In this document: piece by piece, positions 13,943-27,799 of the stretch
Numbering within the stretch: position 1 is the stretch's first letter
How the letters are laid out: every line of letters begins with the position of its first letter
Assembly: GCA_964016885.1 (NCBI GenBank)
Contig: OZ024744.1
Location: 24,924,001-24,988,000, forward strand
Reading direction: 5' to 3'
From: Eledone cirrhosa
Taxonomy: Eukaryota
DNA: 64,000 nt
Made by a program: the position numbers and the translations under genes
Notes under the pieces: generated by a model
Database searches by the model: none
The model's input: the letters and a program-made list of their open reading frames with translations, nothing else
What the model was told of the DNA's origin: nothing

Positions 13943-14027
<85 letters not shown>

Positions 14028-14602
14028 CCACACTCACTCTGACACACATATAAACACATTTACACAAACACATACTAGCACAGATATAAATATAAATATA
14101 AACATTATAATAGAATAATAACCCTGGCGGTGTGAATAAGTAATACCAGAATCAATGGAATAATATATTGACATCAAAATATATATAAAAATACATCATA
14201 CGTATCATTTAAAGTCAACAAAATGTGCATAAATTATTTCACAGGGTAAGAAAAAAAAATAATAATACCATATAATAAATTATAGTATGGTGAAAAAATA
14301 TATATATAAATATATATAATATAGACAACAAATATACAGAGGTATAAGTAGTTCAAATTCATACAATATTACATATCAATACATCAAACCGGACACATAC
14401 TCATATTTCAATTACATATAATATAATATAATAATATTAAAATATTTCAATAAATATACAGAGGTATAGGCAGCTCAAATCCATATAATATTACATATCA
14501 GTACTTCATACTCTGTTGGATAACATTGAGCTATATCCTATACTGTCATTTCTCTAATACGACGAGTGTGTTTAACTCTAATGCACTCAAGTATTTTAAT
14601 CT

Positions 14603-14651
<49 letters not shown>

Positions 14652-14661
14652 TTATATATAT

Positions 14662-14748
<87 letters not shown>

Positions 14749-14749
14749 C

Positions 14750-14839
<90 letters not shown>

Positions 14840-14876
14840 GTATTTATATATTGATTTATATATATATATATATATT

Positions 14877-14936
<60 letters not shown>

Positions 14937-14939
<3 letters not shown>

Positions 14940-15345
14940 TGGCTGCCAACTCGTTTTCGAGTACGGCCACTACTTTATATCCATGTAGGAGAACCCCTAC
15001 CGATGCGCTGAACGAGTGACTTTTTAGTCCAGCCAGCGACTTGAAAACTCTGGTACAAACACTACACCTGTGACAATTATTGACACATAGTGCTGGGCCC
15101 ATGGTACCGTGTGACGACAAGTGCAGAGAGATCTCCAGATATAAAGCAATGCCTGTGCCGTGAAGCTTTTATAGTGAGCAAAGGCACTGCACAAAGCCAG
15201 TCCCACTCTCTTAACCAAGATGATATTTACCAAAAAGAAGAACAAGTCAACATCATTGGATACCATCAGGGTTGCAGGTATTATATCAGAGTTTTCCTTC
15301 TCCTAGAATTCTGCCTTGACAAAGGCTAAGGGGTCATCTCTCCTG
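14937..15345 (-). mobile_element. RTE-derived non-autonomous element, 5'-truncated
   Basis: Near-identical to 10837-11245, flanked on both sides by (TA)n. Confidence 0.88.
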
Positions 15346-15357
15346 GGTTTTAATGAA

Positions 15358-15531
<174 letters not shown>

Positions 15532-15569
15532 TTCAAAATATTAACAAAAATAGACATTCGTGTGATCAA

Positions 15570-15636
15570 GTATATTTTATTATACACATTTCAGAGGTAC
15601 TGAGCTATCTTCAACAGTACGTCCTCATCAGATTCC
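15570..15636 (-). ncRNA. Hammerhead motif with extended stem II and degraded stem I; homologous to the 43.6/43.8 kb copies
   Basis: CTGATGA-GGAcGTACTG(TTGAAGATAGCT)CAGTACcTCT-GAAA-TGTGTA-TA-ATAAAATATAC. Confidence 0.6.
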
Positions 15637-15800
15637 TATCTATTGTAAAACTCATTCTTATAAGTGAATATATCATCAAAATGGAAAAAATAGTTAACGT
15701 GAGATGTGGGAAAATAATTCAAACTCAATTCATAATGAAAAATGGAACGGGAACAAAACAGAGAGGCAGTACAAACAAAGGTTTATTAGTTTCGCGCTCT

Positions 15801-15902
<102 letters not shown>

Positions 15903-16315
15903 GTTCTTGTTTTTGTTTGTGGTCGAAAGTATTCAATATTTATTATAGTGTGGAAAGATGGTGGGAGGAAGGGTATGCTGAGTATGGGAAGGAGGGGGTG
16001 TTTGAATTTCGTAATAGTAGATGAAATGTTTAGTCACTTAATATTACATAGCAGAAGTTTGGTGAAAAGAGATGCCAAAGATATGTCAGAAAGAGAGGAC
16101 AAGGGTAAGCAGGTGTATTTTTGGTGGTAGCAGTGGTGGTGGTGGTGGTGGTGGTGGTGGTGGTAGTGAGGATAGTTGTGAGGATGGTGGTGGTGTGCTC
16201 CTTAATACGATGACAGGTCATATTATGGTCTGTTTTCTTTATCTGTCTATCTATGTATCTATATGGCTGTCTCTGTATGTCTCTGTCTGTCTCCGTCACT
16301 CTCTCCCCCTCTCTC

Positions 16316-16359
<44 letters not shown>

Positions 16360-16756
16360 TCTCTCTCTCTCACTCTCTCTCTCTCTCTCTCTCCCTCTCT
16401 TCCACGAGGGAGGGGAGTCTCTGGCGTACAAACGGATATATCTACTTCAATGCAGAACAATCCGGCAACTGCCAACGTTATAGATCCAGTGGAACCATTT
16501 AAACTGCTACGACAGGAAGCATCCTTAACTGAGCAGTCACTCTAGATACTTCCAGCAACAATAAATAAATAATAGATAAAAACGTGACATCCCTCTTCTC
16601 TGTCTCAAATAAATAAATACATATTAATAATGATAATAATAAAATATCTCATTAATAACAGGATAGAAAATGTATCTTATTTTGAATATTAATAAATTGA
16701 GGACAGCTTAATGATGTGTGCTTGTGTCCTTCCTGCATTGAAGGATGAAGGGCAAT

Positions 16757-17012
16757 AAACTCTAGTTTAGTGCATTAAACACTAGTTTAGTGCTCTAATC
16801 TACAGTTTAGTAATCTAGTATTTAGTACACTAAACTAGAGTTTAATGCACTAAACTAGATTTTAGTGCATTAAACTCTAGCGTAGTACATTAAACACTAA
16901 ATTAGTGCATTAGAGTTTAATGCACTAAACTCTAGTTTAGTACATTAAACTCTAGTTTAGTGTACTAAATACTAGATTAGTGCACTAAATTCTAGATTAA
17001 TACATTAACTCT
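16757..17012. repeat. ~20-bp minisatellite TAAACTCTAGTTTAGTGCAT containing units in both orientations
   Basis: Forward units are interleaved with reverse-complement units (AATGCACTAAACTAG, CTAGAGTTTAATGCAC). Confidence 0.85.
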
Positions 17013-17209
17013 TGAGATTTGAAACACACTTCAGACAGTTTGAAATGAGATGACCGAGTAAATTCTAAAATCACTCATTTTGTGGCTTCTCACTTCAAAC
17101 CGTTTAATGTCTGAAAGGATTGTTTCGGCTGTGATGTGAAAGATCCTTTCCTGACCTCTTTACATCGCAGATTCAGAGAGAGAGAGAGGGGGATAGGGTG
17201 AAGTCGTTT

Positions 17210-17343
17210 CTAGTACTTGGCACTTCATTTATCGATCATTAAAGGATGAAAGTTGGCTTTGGTGGGATTTGAACTCAGAGTGCAAGGAGTCGCAATATGG
17301 AATGCAAATCCGATGTCCTAGCGACTCTGCCAATTGGCTGCCT
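17210..17343 (-). mobile_element. Diverged SINE family 2 copy
   Basis: TTTATCGA...AAGGATGAAAG...GGGATTTGAACTCAGA...CTGCCAAT is shared with the well-preserved copies. Confidence 0.65.
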
Positions 17344-18281
17344 AAAAATTCAAACCGAAACATGAAATGAAAACTGCATCTCACACCGATGTAAGTCCCC
17401 CCCTCGTAGTTTGCATCCCAGAGGATGTTTCTGTGGAGTTTTAATGATAGGGGGAGGGGGTCAATCCTATCATGAAGAGCCTGTCCGGTCCAGCAATTGA
17501 ACCCACAACCATCCTAATCGCTAGACCACGTGCCTTCACAAACAGAAAACATAATTGCCATTGATTTGTGAAGGTAAAAAAACAACTACAAACAAGAACA
17601 AAACAAAAAGCTAAAAGCTTACCAATTAGACTTTATTTTTCATTGAATTCTGTTTTACATTTCTAAAAACGATAATGACAATGTGGGGAGCAGAGATTGA
17701 GAGTGGGGTGGCAGAGATTGTGTGGGTGGCGGAGATTGGGGGAAGATATAGTGATTGGTAAAGTTGTGTACTACGAACATCTCAGCAGGGTGTTAAAGAA
17801 AACAAGCGTGTGGGTGATACGGAAGGGATAGAATTAATGGTTAAAGGCGGAGAGAATTTCTTAGAAAGGTATGAAATTAATAATTTCTTTTTAATTAAAA
17901 GCTAATTAAATCCCCCTTTTTTTATTTATTTAATTCTAATTTTGTTTATGCCTTTGTTTTTTTTTTTTGTTTTGTTTTTTGTTTTTTTGTTGTTGTTTTT
18001 TTTTTGTTTTTTTGTTTTTTAATGAAATATACATTTTAGAATAAAAAATAAAACAGATTAAATAAATTTTTGGAATTTTTCCTCGAAATAAATCGGAGTA
18101 AAAATTTAATTTAAACAAAAATGGAGACATGGGTAAAAAATATAATAAATAAAATAAAAAGAGAAAACGGATTGTTAACCTAATGTGAACAATGTGTGTA
18201 CAGGGTAGTGTAAGAGAGGGGGAGAAAGAAAAAGAAAGAGTGAGGAGAATAAGAGGGAGGTAGAAAGACATAGAAGACGAG

Positions 18282-18380
<99 letters not shown>

Positions 18381-18804
18381 CGAGGTGATTCTCTGTATTT
18401 AATAATAGGTGTGTTAAAGTGCGAACAAGAGAGACAGAGATAGATAGGTAGAGATAGAGTAGGTGAGAGAGAGAGGGAGAGAGAAAGAGAAGAAGTATGG
18501 TAGTAAAAGAAAATGTAACTTTGTGAGATGATAAACAATATAAAGTATGGTGGGGTGGAGGAGAATGTTGGGGGAGGGGAACCGTTAGAAAATAGAAGTT
18601 GAGAGTTGAACAAACTTAAACATGTCACAAGAAACAAAAACAAAAAAGCAAAATACGACTCAATCTTGTTTTTGTGTTATCTTCATCATTTTAACCATCA
18701 TCATCATCATCAACAACGATAACAACGTCATTATCAACATTATCACCATCACCACCACTATGGAGCTTGATGATAATCATCAACATCATCACCATCATCA
18801 TCAC

Positions 18805-18844
<40 letters not shown>

Positions 18845-18929
18845 GTCATTTGAAGTAGTACTTTAGCAGATTTTGTTTTTGTTACCTTCAAAATTAATAT
18901 CATCACTTTCATCATCATCATCATCGTTT

Positions 18930-19385
18930 TAAATAATCACCATCACTTTAGTCATCATCATTTTAGTGATCAATAATTTAGCCATCATCACTTTAGTCAT
19001 CACCATCATTTTAGCCATCATCACTTTAGTCATCACCATCATTTTAGCCATCATCACTTTAGTTATCACCATCATTTTAGCCATCATCACTTTAGTCATC
19101 ACCATCACTTTAGCCATCATCACTTTAGTCATCATCACTTTAGCTATCATCACTTTAGTCATCATCAATTTAGTCATCACCATCATTTTAGCCATCATCA
19201 CTTTAGTCATCATCACTTTAGCTATCATCACTTTAGTCATCATCACTTTAGTCATCACCATCATTTTAGCCATCATCACTTTAGTCATCATCACTTTAGC
19301 TATCATCACTTTAGTCATCATCAATTTAGTCATCACCATCATTTTAGCCATCATCACTTTAGTCATCACTATCATTTTAGTCCTC
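18930..19385. repeat. Minisatellite built from 15/18-bp TTTAG(T/C)CATCA... units (33-bp compound unit)
   Basis: TTTAGTCATCACCATCATTTTAGCCATCATCAC repeated. Confidence 0.95.
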
Positions 19386-19459
19386 ACCAATACATATGGT
19401 TCACCTCCATCGTGAAAATTATAAAGGATTTGTACTTGCTGAATTAGATAGACATTCAC

Positions 19460-19880
19460 TGACACATTGTAACAGACACTGTAACACACTGTAGCACATT
19501 GTAACAAACTGTGACACTGTAGCATATTGTAACACACTGTGACACAATGTAACACACTGTAACACACTGTAACACACTGTAGCACATTGTAACACACTGT
19601 GACACAATGTAACACACTGTTTCACATTGTAACACACTGTGACACTTTGTACACGTTGTAACACACACAGTAACGCATTGTAACACACACTATAACACAT
19701 TTTAACACAATGTGACACATTGTAACACATTGTAACACATTGTAACACACTGTGACACACTGTAACACTTTGTAACCCACTGTAACACTGTAACAAACTG
19801 TGACATTTTGTAACACATTGTAACACACACAGTAATACACTGTAACACATTGTAACACACACAGTAACACACTGTAACAC
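19460..19880. repeat. 10-bp minisatellite (TGTAACACAC)n
   Basis: Direct periodicity. Confidence 0.95.
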
Positions 19881-20014
19881 AAGACATTCATCAACAACAT
19901 TCCTGCTATTTATTCCTCTAGGTTTCCTCTCCCTTCTAAATACCACAACCTATCCTTCGCACTCCTTATTGCCGGTTCTCCGTAAAGACTGTTTTGTGAA
20001 GGTTGCTCTTTATA

Positions 20015-21797
20015 TTGTTGTTGGTGGTGTTGTTGTTGGTGGTGGTGTTGGTGGTGGTGGGGGTGGGGGTGTTGATGGTGGTGGGTGTGGTGGGGGTGTT
20101 GTTGGTGTTGGTGGTGGTGTTGGTGGTGGTGGTTATGGTGGTGGTGGTGGTGGGTGTGGTGGTGGTGTTGTTGGTGGTGGTGGTGGTTATGGTGGTGGTG
20201 GTGGCGGGTGTGGTGGGTGTGTTGTTGGTGGTGGTGGTGGTTATGGTGGTGGTGTTGTTGTTGTTGTTGGTGGTGGTGGGTGTGGTGGTGTTGTTGTTGG
20301 TGTTGGTGGTGGTGTTGTTGGTGGTGGTGGTGTTGTTGGTGGTGGTGTTGGTGGTGGTGGGGGTGGGGGTGTTGTTGGTGGGGGTGTTGATGGTGGTGGG
20401 TGTGGTGGGGGTGTCGTTGGTGTTGGTGGTGGTGTTGGTGGTGGTGGTGGTTATGGTGGTGGTGGGTGTGGTGGTGGTGTTGTTGGTGGTGGTGGTGGTT
20501 ATGGTGGTGGTGGTGGTGGGTGTGGTGGGTGTGTTGTTGGTGTTGGTGGTGGTGGTGGTTATGGTGGTGGTGTTGTTGTTGTTGTTGTTGGTGGTGGTGG
20601 GTGTGGTGGTGTTGTTGTTGGTGTTGGTGGTGGTGTTGTTGGTGGTGGTGGTGGTGGTGTTGTTGGTGGTGGTGTTGGTGGTGGTGGTGGTCTTGTTGTT
20701 GTTGTTGGTGGTGGTGGTGGTGGTGGGTGTGGTGGTGTTGTTGTTGGTGTTGGTGGTGGTGTTGTTGTTGGTGTTGGTGGTGGTGTTGTTGGTGGTGGTG
20801 GTGGTGTTGTTGGTGGTGGTGTTGGTGGTGGTGTGGGGGGTTGTTGTTGTTGGTGGTGGTGTTGTTGTTGGTGTTGTTGTTGTTGGTGGTGGTGATGTTG
20901 TTGTTGAGGGTGTTGTTGTTGTTGGTGTTGGTGGTGTTGTTGTTGGTGGTTATGGTGGTGGCGGTGGTGTCGTTTTTGTTGTTGGTGGTGATGTTGGTGT
21001 TGTTGTTGTTGTTGTTGTTGTTGGTGGTGGTGGTGTTGGTGGTGGTGGTGTTGGTGTTTTTGTTGGTGTTGTTGGTGTTGGTGTTGTTGGTGGTGTTGAT
21101 GGTGGCGGTGGTGGTGTTTATAGTGTTATTGTTGTTGGTGTTGGTGGTGGTGTTGTTGGTGGTGCTGGTGGTGTTGGTGGTATTGTTGTTGTTGTTGGTA
21201 GTGGTGGGATGATGTTGGTGGTAGTGGTGTTGTTGGTGGTGGTATTGTTGGTGTTGTTGGTGGTGTTGTTGGTGGTGTTGTTGGTGTTGTTGTTGGAGGT
21301 GTTGTTGGTGTTGTTGTTGGTGTTGTTGTTGGTGTTGGTGGTGTTGATGGTGGTGTTGTTGTTGTTGGTGGTGGTGGTGGTGTTGAGGGTGGTGTTGTTG
21401 TTGTTGTTGGTGGTGTTGACGGTGGTGTTGATGGTGTTGTTGTTGTTGTTGGTGGTGTGGTTGTTGTTGTTGGTGGTGGTGGTGTTGGTGGTATTGTTGT
21501 TGGTGGTGTTGATGGTGGTGTTGTTGTTGGTGGTGTTGTTGAGGGTGGTGTTGTTGTTGGTGGTGGTGATGTTGTTGTTGAGGGTAGTGTTGTTGAGGGT
21601 GGTGTTGTTGAGGGTAGTGTTGTTGTTGTTGTTGTTGGGGGTGTTGTTGTTGGTGGTGTTGAGGGTGGTGTTGTTGTTGTTGTTTGGTGTGGTGGTGTTG
21701 TTGGTGTTGTTGTTGTTGAGGGTGTTGTTGTTGTTGGTGGTGGTGGTGTTGGTGGTGGGGGTGGTGTTGAGGGTGTTGTTGTTTGTGGTGGTTGTGT
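20015..21797. repeat. Mixed (GGT/GTT)n triplet array
   Basis: Almost pure G/T triplets; poly-V/G/W ORFs in several frames. Confidence 0.97.
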
Positions 21798-22843
21798 AGA
21801 GCGTGCTTTTGGTGGTAATATTGTTTTTATTGTTGCTGTACTCCACAGATTCTGAGAACTTCTGAGAAAAGTCATTCCTACAGTCTCACATACGTAGCAA
21901 TTACATTTTCTGCTCGGAATCACTTAACAAAATTGTTTGCTTTTATTGCTACCAAAATTGAACACAGCACCGGAATAACTTCATAGTCTTTGGAGAAGGC
22001 GTGTATTTTGTTTGAGCCTGTGGTTCATCGAGACATGAGGCTTCACCTAACACAATATTTCGTGTCACTAACACGTGTTACCCAGCACTTCTTCATACAG
22101 TGTCACAAAACTAAATATCCAAAACGTTCAGCCCACTACTACAGTCCACCTTCGTAACTTTTGTATTTCGTCTGCCAATATATCAGTACTCAAGTCTCTG
22201 GTCTAATTTAAGTTGACCGTTCATTTATTGAATTTATTGTCCGTGTAGGCACTTACCTGAACAATTTACGACAGCTGACCTCCACCGTAAATTCGGACTG
22301 ATAGCAGCCTGTCTGAGTGAGATGTCATTACCGCAGAAATGCTTTTTGCCATTTTACCCACGAGACGTAGCCGAGACACTGCTCTGACCTAGGTGTAGAG
22401 TCTGTCATCCTTTCCCTTTCCCCCTTTCTTTCTTCCTTTGTTTAATATTCCTTGCTCTTGCCTTCCTTTTGCCATTTATAGTTCTTTCCAATACTGCTTT
22501 CTTTTTTTGTATGTATAAAATAATGTAACCAATTGACGACATTTCTATCACCTTATCTATTGAAAACTCTTCAACATTGGATTATTTATATGTTCGATCA
22601 CATCTAATTGGCTTTTATTGATCTTGGGACTGCTAAACGCTTGGATTTCTGAGAGTCAAACCACTGGTTTCTTTTTTCTTACCCCTCTTCCAAATTTGGA
22701 GATATTCAGCACCCTTAAATCTTACCAGTTCAAGTTTGTATATACCTGTTGGTGATTCTGTGTTTCTTTGTGGTAGGAATACTTCTTTATGTGGTCATAT
22801 AAGTCTATCGTCGAATAAGTTTTCATTATAATAATTACAAAAA

Positions 22844-23028
22844 GGGCGGTGGATTGGCAGTATGGGTAGAAGGTCGGACGCCATGCTTACCAGCATAGAG
22901 TTACGCCCCTTTATAATCTGAGATCAAATCCCGCCGAGGTTAACTTTGCCTTTCATCCTTACGGGGTCGATAAAATAAAGTACCAGTAATGCACTGGGTA
23001 GTTGCTGGCCTTGTGCCAAAAGTAGAAA
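22844..23028 (+). mobile_element. tRNA-derived SINE family 2, full length (~185 bp); inverted 3' fragment at ~23140-23193
   Basis: A box TGGCAGTATGGG, B-box-like GAGATCAAATCC, core GTTAACTTTGCCTTTCATCCTTACGGGGTCGATAAAATAAAGTACCAG. Multi-copy. Confidence 0.9.
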
Positions 23029-23274
23029 AGTAGGAACAATTATATTTGCGGCTAGGGGGAGCTGTGAGCGGTGTGAGAATATTACATGGAGAAGTTATAA
23101 AAAACTATGGTTCTTTTAAAAAAGTAAACATACTGTATATAATTGTTTTTACTTTTGGCACAAGGCCAGCAATTACGCAGTACATTACTGGTATATAATG
23201 TTATGTTTGAAGGGCTGTGTCAACTAGGGCCGTGACTACCAAGGTTAGGCTACCTTTTCCAGCTGTCATTTACA

Positions 23275-23775
23275 CCACCACCATCGTCACCACCAAACAA
23301 CCATAATATCCTCACCACCATGACCATTATCATCATCATCGTCATCATCATCATCATTATCGTCATCTTCATCATCATTATCGTCATCATCACGACCATT
23401 ACCACCACCACCACCATCATCATTATCACTATCATTATCTTCATCGTTATCATCACCACCAACATCATCATCATTACCATAATCACTATCGTCGTCATCA
23501 TCACCATCATCATCATCAGCATAACAACTATCATCACCATCACCACCATCATCACCATCACCACCACCACCATCATCATCATTACCATAATCACTATCGT
23601 CGTCGTCATCATCATCATCATCATCAGCAGCAGCATAACAACTATCATCACCATCACCACCATCATCACCACCACCACCATCATCATCATCATCACCATC
23701 ACCATCACTAACATCATCATCACCGTATCCATCACCACCATCATCGTTATCATCATCATCGTCACCATTTTCATT
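23275..23775. repeat. (CAT/CAC)n triplet array
   Basis: Direct periodicity. Confidence 0.95.
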
Positions 23776-23907
23776 ATGTCTCCACCAGCTTCTCCCTCCA
23801 GCCAGGTACACTTCCATCTTATATGTGTGATGTAGTATTTGCTTGTTATTTTGTTGTAGTGATGGGGTGAGGAGTGTTTTTCTCATTGTTAATATATTGC
23901 CTCATTA

Positions 23908-26795
23908 GTTCTGGTTCTGGTTGTTTCTGGTTCTGGTTGATGCTGGTTCTGGTTGATTCTGGTTCTGGTTGATTCTGGTTCTGGTTGTTTCTGGTTCTGG
24001 TTGATTCTGGTTCTGGTTGATTCTGGTTCTAGTTGTTTCTGGTTCTGGTTGATTCTGGTCCTGGTTGATTCTGGTTCTGGTTGATTCTGGTTGTAGTTGT
24101 TTCTGGTTCTAGTTGATTCTGGTTCTGGTTGATTCTAGTTCTAGTTGATTGTGGTTCTGGTTGATTCTTGTTCTAGTTGATTCTGGTCTGGTGGTTTCTG
24201 GTTCTGGTTCTGGTTGTTTCTGGTTCTAGTTGTTCTAGTTGATTCTGGGTCTGGTGGTTTCTGGTTCTGGTTCTGGTTGTTTCTGGTTCTAGTTGTTCTA
24301 GTTGATTCTGGGTCTGGTGGTTTCTGGTTCTGGTTCTGGTTGTTTCTGGTTCTAGTTGATTCTGGTCTGGTGGTTTCTGGTTCTGGTTCTGGTTGTTTCT
24401 GGTTCTAATTGTTCTAGTTGATTCTGGGTCTGGTGGTTTCTGGTTCTGGTTCTGGTTGTTTCTGGTTCTAGTTGTTCTAGTTGATTCTGGTCTGGTGGTT
24501 TCTGGTTCTGGTTCTGGTTGTTTCTGGTTCTAGTTGTTCTAGTTGATTCTGGTCTGGTGGTTTCTGGTTCTGCTTCTGGTTGTTTCTGGTTCTAGTTGTT
24601 CTAGTTGATTCTGGGTCTGGTGGTTTCTGGTTCTGGTTCTGGTTGTTTCTGGTTCTAGTTGTTCTAGTTGATTCTGGTCTGGTGGTTTCTGGTTCTGCTT
24701 CTGGTTGTTTCTGGTTCTAGTTGTTCTAGTTGATTCTGGGTCTGGTGGTTTCTGGTTCTGGTTCTGGTTGTTTCTGGTTCTAGTTGTTCTAGTTGATTCT
24801 GGTCTGGTGGTTTCTGGTTCTGCTTCTGGTTGTTTCTGGTTCTAGTTGTTCTAGTTGATTCTGGGTCTGGTGGTTTCTGGTTCTGGTTCTGGTTGTTTCT
24901 GGTTCTAGTTGTTCTAGTTGATTCTGGTCTGGTGGTTTCTGGTTCTGCTTCTGGTTGTTTCTGGTTCTAGTTGTTCTAGTTGATTCTGGGTCTGGTGGTT
25001 TCTGGTTCTGATTCTGGTTGTTTCTGGTTCTAGTTGTTCTAGTTGATTCTGGTCTGGTGGTTTCTGGTTCTGCTTCTGGTTGTTTCTGGTTCTAGTTGTT
25101 CTAGTTGATTCTGGGTCTGGTGGTTTCTGGTTCTGGTTCTGGTTGTTTCTGGTTCTAGTTGTTCTAGTTGATTCTGGGTCTGGTGGTTTCTGGTTCTGGT
25201 TCTGGTTGTTTCTGGTTCTAGTTGTTCTAGTTGATTCTGGGTCTGGTGGTTTCTGGTTCTGTTTCTGGTTGTTTCTGGTTCTAGTTGTTCTAGTTGATTC
25301 TGGGTCTGGTGGTTTCTGGTTCTGGTTCTGGTTGTTTCTGGTTCTAGTTGATTCTGGTCTGGTAGTTTCTGGTTCTGGTTCTGGTTGTTTCTGGTTCTAG
25401 TTGTTCTAGTTGATTCTGGGTCTGGTGGTTTCTGGTTCTGTTTCTGGTTGTTTCTGGTTCTAGTTGTTCTAGTTGATTCTGGTTCTGGTGGTTTCTGGTT
25501 CTGTTTCTGGTTGTTTCTGGTTCTAGTTGTTCTAGTTGATTCTGGTTCTGGTGGTTTCTGGTTCTGGTTCTGGTTGTTTCTGGTTTTAGTTGATTCTGGT
25601 CTGGTAGTTTCTGGTTCTGGTTCTGGTTGTTTCTGGTTCTGGTTCTGGTTGTTTCTGGTTCTAGTTGTTCTAGTTGATTCTGGGTCTGGTGGTTTCTGGT
25701 TCTGGTTCTGGTTGTTTCTGGTTCTAGTTGTTCTAGTTGATTCTGGGTCTGGTGGTTTCTGGTTCTGGTTCTGTTTGTTTCTGGTTCTAGTTGTTCTAGT
25801 TGATTCTGGTCTGGTGGTTTCTGGTTCTGGTTGTTTCTGGTTCTAGTTGATTCTGGTCTGGTGGTTTCTGGGTCTGGTGGTTTCTGGTTCTGTTTCTGGT
25901 TGTTTCTGGTTCTAGTTGTTCTTGTTGATTCTGGTCTGGTGGTTTCTGGTTCTGCTTCTGGTTGTTTCTGGTTCTAGTTGTTCTAGTTGATTCTGGGTCT
26001 GGTGGTTTCTGGTTCTGGTTCTGGTTGTTTCTGGTTCTAGTTGATTCTGGTCTGGTGGTTTCTGGGTCTGGTGGTTTCTGGTTCTGTTTCTGGTTGTTTC
26101 TGGTTCTAGTTGTTCTTGTTGATTCTGGTCTGGTGGTTTCTGGTTCTGCTTCTGGTTGTTTCTGGTTCTAGTTGTTCTAGTTGATTCTGGGTCTGGTGGT
26201 TTCTGGTTCTGGTTCTGGTTGTTTTTGGTTCTAGTTGTTCTAGTTGATTCTGGGTCTGGTGGTTTCTGGTTCCGGTTCTGTTTGTTTCTGGTTCTAGTTG
26301 TTCTAGTTGATTCTGGGTCTGGTGGTTTCTGGTTCTGGTTGATTCTGGTTCTGGCTGTTTCTAGTTCTGGTTGTTTCTGGTTCTGGTACATTCTGGTTCT
26401 GGTTGTTTCTATTTCTAGTTGTTTCTGGTTCTGGTTGGTTCTGGTTGTTTCTAGTTCTGGTTCTGGTTTTTCTGGTTCTGGTTCTGGTTCTGGTTGTTCC
26501 TGGTTCTAGTTGATTCTGGTTCTGGTCACTTCTGTTTCTGGTTGATTCTGGTTCTGGTTGTTTCTAGTTGATTCTGGTTCTGGTTGATTCTGATTCTGGT
26601 TGATTCTGGTCTCTGGTTGTTTCTGGTTGTTTCTGGTTCTGGTTCTGGTTCTGGTTGTTTCTGGTTCTAGTTGATTCTGGTTTTGGTTGATTCTGTTTCT
26701 GGTTGATTCTGGTTCTGGTTGTTTCTAGTTGATTCTGGTTCTGGTTGATTCTGATTCTGGTTGATTCAGGTTCTGGTTGTGGCACTGGTTCTGGT
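23908..26795. repeat. (TTCTGG)n-based satellite with a ~59-60 bp higher-order unit in its centre
   Basis: TTGTTTCTGGTTCTAGTTGTTCTAGTTGATTCTG(G)GTCTGGTGGTTTCTGGTTCTG(G/C)TTCTGG repeats across ~24200-26330, with simpler 6/15-mer flanks. Confidence 0.97.
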
Positions 26796-27292
26796 GTTAC
26801 TTTTAATATTTTGTCAGTTGTCCAGAATATATTGTCTAATCTATTCCATTATAATGTTTTTTTATGTGAAATTGTTGTGTAAGTTGTTGCGGGTGTGGTT
26901 CTTATACTTGCTATGTATCTGCTGTGTTAGTGTTGCGTCATTGGCTGTGGATTGCTCTCGGTATGTCCTGTGTAGAATCATGTCATATCGTATAAGCATG
27001 GCATCTGTGAAGACTCTATTACGTGTATTGTGCATTTCAATTGAAAATATGTTATATAGGATGAGGTCTAGCGGAGCTGGGAGTAGAGTAATGAGCCCTG
27101 GATCCCTGCTAAAGGGTCTTTGTTCATATTCCCTTTTATATATAATATTTCAATGATCATCGGTACTGATTTTACTTTCATACCCTCACCATGTTTATTT
27201 CAATGTCAATATTCTTATAGTATGGCAGTTTCTCAACTACTTTCCACACGATGATGATGTGATGATGGTGGTGGTAATAAATATATAAATAA

Positions 27293-27365
<73 letters not shown>

Positions 27366-27420
27366 CACACATATACATATTACTCCCTCCACACACCCAC
27401 ACACACCCACACACACACAC

Positions 27421-27454
<34 letters not shown>

Positions 27455-27483
27455 GCATGCTACACCCTCCATATATATATATT

Positions 27484-27548
<65 letters not shown>

Positions 27549-27799
27549 GGGAGAGAGAGACGGGTTTCTATTTAGTTCTCAATGAAATTTCACTGACAAG
27601 ATATTGGTAGAAGTGAAATTGTGATAAAAGTAGTGAAGACAATCGTTGAAAGAGGACCCCAGTGATACTGAATCCGGGTCTACTGGTCTGTTTGCTGTGA
27701 ATCTAAACCACACAAACATGCTTACTCTATCCAAAAGAACGCCCTCGTCTATTAAAACAGTTTAAATCTCTTCAATACATCAAGTTTCATCAAGCAGGC

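Noticed and set aside
19405-19458. 54-nt minus-strand mini-exon (VNVYLIQQVQILYNFHDG)
   Set aside because: Weak donor (GTGAAC), no polypyrimidine tract and no recognisable product.
19969-21923. Gly/Val-rich structural-protein-like and mucin-like ORFs
   Set aside because: GGT/GTT triplet array open in multiple frames on both strands, with single-codon usage and no signal peptide or splice context.
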